Shown one piece after another: positions 6,696 to 12,987 of a DNA stretch of 12,987 nucleotides. Below the pieces are notes generated by a model that did not search any database, had not been told where the DNA came from, and saw nothing but the letters and a program-made list of their open reading frames with translations. Where the stretch lies: positions 1-12,987 of the forward strand of contig JAWOBU010000213.1 of NCBI GenBank assembly GCA_046484135.1. The letters are read 5' to 3'. The translations under genes and the position numbers were made by a program. Numbering within the stretch: the stretch's first letter is position 1; each line of letters starts with the position of its first letter. The stretch comes from a bacterium (GTDB lineage: Bacteria; RBG-13-61-14; DATKZS01).

Positions 6696-8341
6696 GGCTT
6701 TTCCCTTTCGGAAAAAGATTTTTCCGCCCTGCGCTCCATTATCTGATAATCGCCGAAACGAACAACCTTTTTATAACGAGATTTGAGATACCCCTCGATC
6801 ATGCCGGCCTGGCCGGCGAAAGCCTGGTGCCGAAACCGGTCGCCCGTCATGGACACCACCGCTATCTCGGGTTTCTCCCGCTCCAGGTCTTTCACGACCC
6901 TTTCCGCAATCTTTTGATCAAATATCTCGAAGTAAAAAAACGTATCATAGGTCGCCGGCATCCGGTCCGAAAAAACGTATAAAAGAAGGTCCCACGGATA
7001 CACGAAAATCTTGTCGTCCTTTGCGGAGTGCCCCTTGATCCAATTCACCGTCCGCTCTATCTCCCGCGCTTTATCGGGTGGCGCGCGGATCAGCTCGAGG
7101 CCGTCAAGGTCTATCCTCGCGGTGGATTCCCACCGAGGTTGCATTAAAACCGAAATGTGCGGCAATGCCAGGTTGAGATACGCTCCGACTCCCATGGCCA
7201 CGACCAAAAGCACGGCTCCCATAGAGCGCAAGGACCTACCTCCCTGCTCCCAGCTATTCTGAACGAACAGGCCCGCCAGCAGGGGAGCGCCGGCCGAGGC
7301 CACCAGAACATGGGCCAGGTCCAGGCCCGACAAAACGGAAAAGATAAAAAAGAGGGCCCAGGTAACGCGCGCCAGCCTCCAGAACTCTCTGTGTTCTTTG
7401 CCGGGACTCGTGAACAGTAAAAGTGAAAGCGCTATAAGCGCGCACACGTATGTCTCGGGGAAAGGTCCGGGGAGGCTAAGTATAAGGACCGCTGCTCCTG
7501 CCGCGGAAAGAGCGAGCAGTAAGGAGGCGATAAAGGGACGAGCTTTTGTTGTTCTGATTATAGTGTAAACCAGAACCAGCGAGACAAAAACCACGCCGGC
7601 CGCCGGAGGCAGGATGTGAAAAAGAACCACCCGCTTCATGCCCATAAGGCCGAACAAACAAGACCAGGCCTCCTCCAGCGCATGGGCCGTGGCATAACGG
7701 GTAAAAAGCAATAGTGCGGGCAGGGCGAGCCCGAAGGAGCCCGCTAAAGCCGGCCGCAGGAGGCCCCTGCCCTTACTTCGGCCCATCCAAACGGAAAGTG
7801 CAACAACCACGGCCGCTGGTATGGCCATGCTTTGTTTGGAACACGCCGCGCAGGAAGCTAACAGCCCGGCCGCGAAGATGATCCAATTACTTCCTTTCTC
7901 CATGTGCAGGCAGGAAAGGTAAAAACCGGCGAACAGAAAAAAAGCCGCGTCCAAATTGTAATGGGGGAAGCCTCCCAGCGCCGCGCCGAAAAAGATGTAA
8001 AGAACACCGGGCGCCAGAGAAAAGGGAAACCTTAAGTATCTCCTGCCCAGGTCCAGGGCCATGAGAAGGATAAAAACGCCCTGCAGCACGGCAAAAAGCC
8101 GGCCGATGATAAGATGGAACCCGAAAAGCTTGGTAAGTCCCGCCTGGATCAGGAAACCCAGCGGAGCCACCGGCACAAAGTAGTCCAGATATGTAACTGC
8201 GCCGCCCGCCACCTGGTAGCCGTAAAGCACCTGTACGCCTTCGTCCGCCATGTTGATGCCGCGGTTGCAAAGGAGAAGCAGCCATGCCAGCCCCGCAACC
8301 AGCACTGCGGCGAACAAGGCCCTTTGCTTGTTAACCTTCAT
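6692..8341 (-). CDS. GT-C fold integral-membrane glycosyltransferase (ArnT / PMT_2-like)
   Basis: 549 aa with many TM helices. An acidic DEG motif in the first external loop (GINMADEG...YLDYFVPVAPLGF) is followed by GRLF and SKQ motifs. The soluble C-terminal domain (DDKIFVYPW...LYVFSDR...P...YLKSRY) is typical of this superfamily. The donor sugar cannot be determined from sequence. Confidence 0.8.
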   Translation of the reverse strand: MKVNKQRALFAAVLVAGLAWLLLLCNRGINMADEGVQVLYGYQVAGGAVTYLDYFVPVAPLGFLIQAGLTKLFGFHLIIGRLFAVLQGVFILLMALDLGRRYLRFPFSLAPGVLYIFFGAALGGFPHYNLDAAFFLFAGFYLSCLHMEKGSNWIIFAAGLLASCAACSKQSMAIPAAVVVALSVWMGRSKGRGLLRPALAGSFGLALPALLLFTRYATAHALEEAWSCLFGLMGMKRVVLFHILPPAAGVVFVSLVLVYTIIRTTKARPFIASLLLALSAAGAAVLILSLPGPFPETYVCALIALSLLLFTSPGKEHREFWRLARVTWALFFIFSVLSGLDLAHVLVASAGAPLLAGLFVQNSWEQGGRSLRSMGAVLLVVAMGVGAYLNLALPHISVLMQPRWESTARIDLDGLELIRAPPDKAREIERTVNWIKGHSAKDDKIFVYPWDLLLYVFSDRMPATYDTFFYFEIFDQKIAERVVKDLEREKPEIAVVSMTGDRFRHQAFAGQAGMIEGYLKSRYKKVVRFGDYQIMERRAEKSFSEREKP

Positions 8342-8392
8342 CAGAGGCCCGCGCTTGCACGCTCTTTTTTTGTTGTAGGTTGAGAATCATAG

Positions 8393-9169
8393 TCATTCAG
8401 GAGGGTCCACTTTCATCTCGTAGCCCGAAGCCACGATTTGTTGAAAGTACTCTTCCAGCGCTTCCCGGTCCGCGATAAGAGTTACATCGGGGTGCCCGTG
8501 CAGAAAGGTAGCCGGCACTTCCTTTGCCGGCGGCGAGGTCAGCACGGTCTTTAAAACGGGGGCCTTCTCCCAGCCCGTAACCACCATGAGAATCCTCCGG
8601 GCCTCCATGATGGTGGCAAGTCCCATGGTTATCGCCCGCCTCGGCGGCTCCTTTGCCTTGCGGAAGTCGGCCTCGTTCACTCTTCTCGTCTCTTCCGCCA
8701 GCTCCACCACCCGGGTGCGGGAGTCCGGTTCCGAGCCGGGCTCGTTAAAGCCTATATGTCCGTTCCTGCCGAGGCCCAAAAGCTGGAGGTCAATGCCGCC
8801 TGCTTCTTGAATCAGTCTCTCGTACCTCTCGCACTCGGCGTGCGGGTCAGCGGCTTTTCCATCGGGGATGAAAAACCTCTCGGGGGGAAGGTCCACCTGG
8901 TCCACCAGCCGGTGCATCATGTACTCGTAATAAGAGTCCGGCTCGCCCGGCCCCAGCCCCACGTACTCGTCCAGGTTGAAAGTGCGGGCCCGCTTGAAGC
9001 TCAACCCCGCTTCCTCATGAAGCCGCACCAGCTCGCCGTAAACCGGGATCATGGTGTGCCCGGTGGCAAATCCAAGGTTAACGTCCCTGCCGGAGTGGAG
9101 AAGCTCGGCGACCGTGCGCGCCGCCGCCCGGCCCGCGCTCTGCGTATCAGGATATACCAGAAGCCGCAT
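8393..9169 (-). CDS. nagB: Glucosamine-6-phosphate deaminase
   Basis: 258 aa; motifs LGFATGHT, TFNLDEYVGL, GGIDLQLLGLGRNGHIGFNEPG, AITMGLATIM, VPATFLHGHP. Confidence 0.95.
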   Translation of the reverse strand: MRLLVYPDTQSAGRAAARTVAELLHSGRDVNLGFATGHTMIPVYGELVRLHEEAGLSFKRARTFNLDEYVGLGPGEPDSYYEYMMHRLVDQVDLPPERFFIPDGKAADPHAECERYERLIQEAGGIDLQLLGLGRNGHIGFNEPGSEPDSRTRVVELAEETRRVNEADFRKAKEPPRRAITMGLATIMEARRILMVVTGWEKAPVLKTVLTSPPAKEVPATFLHGHPDVTLIADREALEEYFQQIVASGYEMKVDPPE

Positions 9170-9230
9170 GATTGTTCCCCGGAAGCTTCTTTAATTTATT
9201 CTCCATGTGCCCTGTACTGAAACCAGGTTC

Positions 9231-9259
9231 ATTATAGAAGGGATGCGTGGCTTCGCCAA
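9231..9259 (-). promoter_or_regulatory. Putative sigma70 promoter for nagB and downstream genes
   Basis: Minus strand TTGGCG (9259-9254), 17 nt, TATAAT (9236-9231), about 60 nt upstream of the nagB ATG. Confidence 0.6.
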
Positions 9260-9277
9260 CCCGGTCCGTCAAAGATT

Positions 9278-9297
9278 CGAGGGCAGAAAAGCCCCCG
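9278..9297 (-). terminator. Possible terminator or stabilising hairpin after the aconitase gene
   Basis: Minus strand CGGGGGC-TTTTCT-GCCCTCG forms a 7-bp stem with one G-U, about 30 nt past the stop. Only a weak U tract (AATCTTT) follows. Confidence 0.3.
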
Positions 9298-9325
9298 CTT
9301 ATTGAAACCACATTATAAGGAAGCT

Positions 9326-11257
9326 TTATTCTTGGCCCTGCTCCCGGATGTAGTTTAAAAGCCCTCCCGCGGCCAGTATGCGGGCCTCTCGCTCCGAGAC
9401 CGGAAGCCCGAGTTTTATCCTCTCATCACTTCTTTTTATCACCAGCTCCAGGGGACCTCCGGCCATGACCTTTTGCCGGGCCTCCGGGATCTCCACTTCA
9501 TCGTCCTGCGAAAGCTTGTCGTAATCCGCCGGGTTTTCGAACACGAGCGGCAGGATGCCGAAGTTCACCAGGTTGGCCTTGTGAATGCGTGCGAAGCTCT
9601 TGGCCGCCACCGCCCGGATGCCGAGCGCCATGGGCGCCATGGCCGCGTGCTCGCGTGATGACCCCTGACCGTAGTTCTCGCCTCCCACGATCATGCCGCC
9701 TCCCCGCTCGCGGGCGCGGGTGGGAAAGCTCGGGTCCACCGACTCGAACACGTACTCCGAAATGGCCGGCAGGTTGGACCGCAAGGGCAGGACCTTGGCG
9801 CCCGCCGGCATGATATGGTCGGTGGTTATATCATCGCCCACTTTAAGTAGGACCACTGTCTCGATGTCCGCGGGCATGGCTTCGCTCGCTGGTATCGGCT
9901 TGATGTTCGGGCCCCGCCTGAGCTCTACTTCAGCGGGATCGTCCGCAGGAGGCAGGATCATGCGGTCGTCCGCCAGAAAGGTCTCCGGCCAGGACACCTC
10001 GGGGTAATCGCCCAAAAGAGTTGGATCAAGAAGCCGGCCGGTGACCGCGGCCACTGCCGCAGTCTCCGGGCTTGTAAGAAACACCCGGTCGTCGCGGGTG
10101 CCGGAGCGGCCGGGGAAGTTCCGGTTAAAGGTCCGGACCGAGTTGATCCCGGTGGCTGGCGAGCTTCCCATACCGATACAACCGGCGCACGATGACTCGA
10201 GCACACGCGCGCCCGCGCGGACAAGGTCGGCCAGAGCGCCGCTTCGGGCCATCATGGTAAGAACCTGCCTCGAGCCCGGCATAATGGAAAGACTGACCTC
10301 CGGATGCACGGTGCGGTCCTTTAGTACTGCCGCGGCAACCATGAGGTCCCGGTAGGACGAGTTGGTGCATGAGCCGATCAGCACCTGCCGGATGTTTATA
10401 TCGCCCGCCTCCCGGACGGGGACCGCGTTGCCGGGCGAACCCGGAAGCGCCACCATGGGCTCGACCTCGGAAAGGTCTATCTCGAGCCGCTCTTCGTACT
10501 CCGCGTCAGAATCAGGCAGGAGCTCCTCGAAGTCAGACTCCCGGCCCTGTCTCTCCAGGTAATCCCGAGTCATGCGGTCGGACGGGAACACCGAGGTTGT
10601 CGCGCCGGTCTCCGCTCCCATGTTGGTGATGGTCGCCCGGTCCGGCACGTAAAGGGACTCGATGCCCGGGCCCGTGTACTCGAGCGCCATCCCCAGGCCG
10701 CCTTTTACACCCAGACGACGCAAGACCTCCAGGATAACGTCCTTGGCCGACACCCACGGCCGAAGCGAGCCGGTAAGGCGGACCTCGCAGACCCGCGGAG
10801 CGACAAGGTAAAACAGCCCGCCGCCCATGGCCACGGCAACGTCAAGACCTCCCGCGCCCATGGCGATCATCCCCATGCCGCCCGAGGTGGGCGTATGAGA
10901 GTCCGAGCCCAACAGCGTCCGGCCGGGCCGGGCGAAGCGTTCCAGGTGGACCTGGTGGCAGATGCCGTTCCCCGGCCGGGAAAAGTAGGCCCCGAACTTT
11001 GCTGCCGCGGACTGGAGGAACAGGTGGTCGTCCATGTTCTCGAAGCCGGTCTGGAGCATGTTGTGGTCCACGTAGGATACGGACAGCTCGGTTTTCACGC
11101 GGGGAATGCCGAGTGCTTCGAACTGGAGCCAGGCCATGGTGCCGGTAGCGTCCTGGCTCAGGGTTTGGGCAATCCTGATGCCGACCTCGTTGCCCGGCAC
11201 CAGGTGGCCTTCCACCAGATGGCGGGAAAGAATCTTTCCTGTAACCGTACCTTTCAA
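9326..11257 (-). CDS. Aconitate hydratase, short (~640 aa) single-chain type
   Basis: TTG start with AGGAGG RBS. Motifs QDATGTMA, YVDHN, GICHQV, GSDSHT, the three [4Fe-4S] cysteines (IGSCTN, CAGCIG), TFNRNFPGR, TTDHIMPAG, and swivel-domain NYGQGSSREHAA and KSFARIH. Confidence 0.93.
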   Translation of the reverse strand: MKGTVTGKILSRHLVEGHLVPGNEVGIRIAQTLSQDATGTMAWLQFEALGIPRVKTELSVSYVDHNMLQTGFENMDDHLFLQSAAAKFGAYFSRPGNGICHQVHLERFARPGRTLLGSDSHTPTSGGMGMIAMGAGGLDVAVAMGGGLFYLVAPRVCEVRLTGSLRPWVSAKDVILEVLRRLGVKGGLGMALEYTGPGIESLYVPDRATITNMGAETGATTSVFPSDRMTRDYLERQGRESDFEELLPDSDAEYEERLEIDLSEVEPMVALPGSPGNAVPVREAGDINIRQVLIGSCTNSSYRDLMVAAAVLKDRTVHPEVSLSIMPGSRQVLTMMARSGALADLVRAGARVLESSCAGCIGMGSSPATGINSVRTFNRNFPGRSGTRDDRVFLTSPETAAVAAVTGRLLDPTLLGDYPEVSWPETFLADDRMILPPADDPAEVELRRGPNIKPIPASEAMPADIETVVLLKVGDDITTDHIMPAGAKVLPLRSNLPAISEYVFESVDPSFPTRARERGGGMIVGGENYGQGSSREHAAMAPMALGIRAVAAKSFARIHKANLVNFGILPLVFENPADYDKLSQDDEVEIPEARQKVMAGGPLELVIKRSDERIKLGLPVSEREARILAAGGLLNYIREQGQE

Positions 11258-11314
11258 CTCGCGTTCCTCCTTTCAACGCTAGAGAGAAAATTTGCGTGAG
11301 CTTGAGCTGCAACT

Positions 11315-11343
11315 ATGGTAGATTTAACCACAGGACACGGCAA
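11315..11343 (-). promoter_or_regulatory. Putative sigma70 promoter for the aconitase gene within a divergent intergenic region
   Basis: Minus strand TTGCCG (11343-11338), 17 nt, TACCAT (11320-11315). Confidence 0.5.
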
Positions 11344-11384
11344 ACTTCGTGAAGACCGCACTGGAGGAAAGGAAAGGAGTTCTT

Positions 11385-12737
11385 ATGAAAGATTACCGCA
11401 AGATGAGCTTTTGGCTGGAAGGAGACCACTACCACGAGAACGCGCCACTGCGGCATGATATTGACGCGGATGTGGCGATCGTGGGAGGAGGCTTTACCGG
11501 CCTGTCTTCCGCTTACTATCTGAAGGAGCAGAACCCTGATCTCAAGGTGGCGCTCCTCGAAGCCGAAGTCATCGGCTACGGCGCGTCCGGCCGGAACGGC
11601 GGCTTCTCCATGCCGCTTTTGGGCTGGGACATAACCTATCTGCTTTACGTGTTCAAGGAGCGGGGAATAAAGGCCCACCACTTCATGCTCGACTGCGTCC
11701 GCCGCACCAGGGAGCTGGTGGAAAAGGAAGGCATGGACTGTGACCTCGAGTATAACGGGCTCATGGTCCTCGCCCGCAACAACTTCCAGATGAGGCAACT
11801 CGAGAGAAACCAGAAAGACTTTGAAAAGGCCGGCTGCCACGATATCGAGCTCCTCACCGGCAACGATTTCAAGGAGCGACTCAACTCGTCCTGGCACATT
11901 GGCGCGCTTTACGAGCCGGACACCGCTGTCTTAAACCCGGCCAAGCTGGCCCGCGAGATGAAACGGGCGGTCGAGGGAAAAGGGGTCAAGGTTTATGAGC
12001 GGAGCCCGGTGACCCGCTTGAATCCCGGCGACACGGTCAGGCTCGACACCCCGGAAGGAACAGTGCGGGCAAGCCGGGTGGTGCTCGGTTTAAACGCCTT
12101 CGGCCAGCGGCTCCGCGTCCGGCCCTATACCTACGCTCCCATGTACACCTATATCGTGCTTACCGAGCCTCTCTCGGACGATCTTTATAACGAGGTGGGC
12201 TGGACCCGGCGGGAAGGCATCGAGGACAAGCGTCAACTGGTCCATTACATGCGGCTGACCGCTGACAACCGGATTCTGCTGGGCGGCAGGGACGCGCCTT
12301 ACTTCTTCGGCAACAAGTCGGAGGGCAAGGAGAGTCACAGCAAGATATTCCAGGGGCTGGAGGACGACCTTCGGGGAATGTTCCCCATGCTCGAGAACAC
12401 CAGAATTAGCCACCGCTGGGGCGGCCCCGTGGCCATAACCCTAATGTTCGTGCCCTCGTTCGGTTACTACAAGGGACACCGAAACATCGCCTATGGAATG
12501 GGGTACTGCGGGCACGGGGTCGCGCTCTCGACCTCTGCGGGGATCATCATCCGCGAGCTTCTCAACAACCCGGACTCGGAAATGTTAAAGGACCTCTTGT
12601 TCGTCCACAACACCCCCGGGGTCATACCGCCGGAGCCGCTTCGCTACCCGGTCATCAACACCATCAAGGACGCCATGGCGCTTTTTGACCGCATCACGGA
12701 GCGCAAAGCCAAGGGCACGCCTCACTGGAAGGAGTAG
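11385..12737 (+). CDS. FAD-dependent oxidoreductase, DAO / PuuB (gamma-glutamylputrescine oxidase)-like
   Basis: SFW start motif, DVAIVGGGFTGLSSA Rossmann GxGxxG, GASGRNGG, LNPAKL, RILLGG, WGG and GYCGHGV. ATG 11385 is preferred over GTG 11349 because AAGGAG (11374-11379) precedes it. Confidence 0.9.
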   Translation: MKDYRKMSFWLEGDHYHENAPLRHDIDADVAIVGGGFTGLSSAYYLKEQNPDLKVALLEAEVIGYGASGRNGGFSMPLLGWDITYLLYVFKERGIKAHHFMLDCVRRTRELVEKEGMDCDLEYNGLMVLARNNFQMRQLERNQKDFEKAGCHDIELLTGNDFKERLNSSWHIGALYEPDTAVLNPAKLAREMKRAVEGKGVKVYERSPVTRLNPGDTVRLDTPEGTVRASRVVLGLNAFGQRLRVRPYTYAPMYTYIVLTEPLSDDLYNEVGWTRREGIEDKRQLVHYMRLTADNRILLGGRDAPYFFGNKSEGKESHSKIFQGLEDDLRGMFPMLENTRISHRWGGPVAITLMFVPSFGYYKGHRNIAYGMGYCGHGVALSTSAGIIIRELLNNPDSEMLKDLLFVHNTPGVIPPEPLRYPVINTIKDAMALFDRITERKAKGTPHWKE

Positions 12738-12987
12738 CCCGCTCCCACGATCCAGGGAAAAGAAAAACCGACTTCAACCCGGGCAAACACGCGGGACATC
12801 TCGCTCTCGAGCTTTCTCCGGGTAAAGCGGACCAGGTGGTCCGGGTGCTCGCCCAGGCGCGGCCAGTTCTTGCCGACAAGAAAGTTGGACCCCTGGTACC
12901 AGGGAAAGCCGGGGACGCTTATCACGCATACGCCGGAAGAGACGCGGGCGAGCTCGTCAATCACTTTCCGAAAATCAATAATGTGTT
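12722..12987 (-). CDS. Class I SAM-dependent methyltransferase, C-terminal part (starts beyond the window's right edge)
   Basis: The frame stays open to the window edge: HIIDFRKVIDELARVSSGVCVISVP...GEHPDHLVRFT. This matches the (LE)H-x-x-D...EL-x-RV...I-S-V-P...H pattern of Methyltransf_11/23 proteins. Confidence 0.72.
   Translation of the reverse strand, partial: HIIDFRKVIDELARVSSGVCVISVPGFPWYQGSNFLVGKNWPRLGEHPDHLVRFTRRKLESEMSRVFARVEVGFSFPWIVGAGYSFQ

Noticed and set aside
4919..6982. Long plus-strand ORFs 4919..6043 (374 aa) and 6083..6982 (299 aa)
   Set aside because: They are antisense to the well-supported GH172 and GT-C genes, Arg/Pro/His-rich and without motifs, as expected for shadows in GC-rich DNA.
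8331..8390. Short minus-strand ORF after nagB containing an A7 tract / A-AAA-AAG slippery motif just upstream of the GT-C start
   Set aside because: A -1 shift does not enter the GT-C frame; it ends at a TGA overlapping the ATG. A7 is short for phase variation and such tracts are frequent here.
9326..11257. Assignment as LeuC/LeuD fusion, AcnA or AcnB
   Set aside because: The length and motifs fit the short single-chain aconitase group. The true substrate cannot be fixed from sequence, so no gene symbol is given.
11349..11384. GTG start at 11349 for the oxidoreductase
   Set aside because: The extension is made of the purine-rich RBS region itself. ATG 11385 has a well-spaced AAGGAG and directly precedes the family's SFW motif region.
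1..12987. CRISPR arrays, tRNA/rRNA genes, prophage or defence genes
   Set aside because: No regularly spaced repeats, cloverleaf patterns or relevant protein motifs were seen. The intergenic gaps are all under about 250 bp.

Overview
GC-rich bacterial chromosomal window, densely coding, mixing metabolic and cell-envelope genes. The left edge (1-191) is the left end of an IS3-family insertion sequence on the minus strand, missing from the ORF track. It has apparently inserted into a gene for a 7-repeat FG-GAP/VCBS beta-propeller protein (remnant 192-1292). Next is an orphan methyl-accepting chemotaxis protein with extra N-terminal membrane helices and a degenerate signalling tip (1541-3667, +). 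A minus-strand run follows, in transcription order: short-type aconitase, nagB, a GT-C (ArnT/PMT-like) membrane glycosyltransferase, a secreted DUF2961/GH172 glycoside hydrolase, and an uncharacterised acidic helical protein with strict 4-residue hydrophobic periodicity. A divergent PuuB/DAO-family FAD oxidoreductase and the 3' end of a class I SAM methyltransferase close the window. Best leads are the nagB/GT-C/GH172 cluster as a possible glycan write/erase module, the scaffold-like hypothetical protein next to the atypical chemoreceptor, the IS-disrupted propeller gene, and the palindromic region upstream of the MCP. All family calls come from motif recognition by eye; no searches were run.
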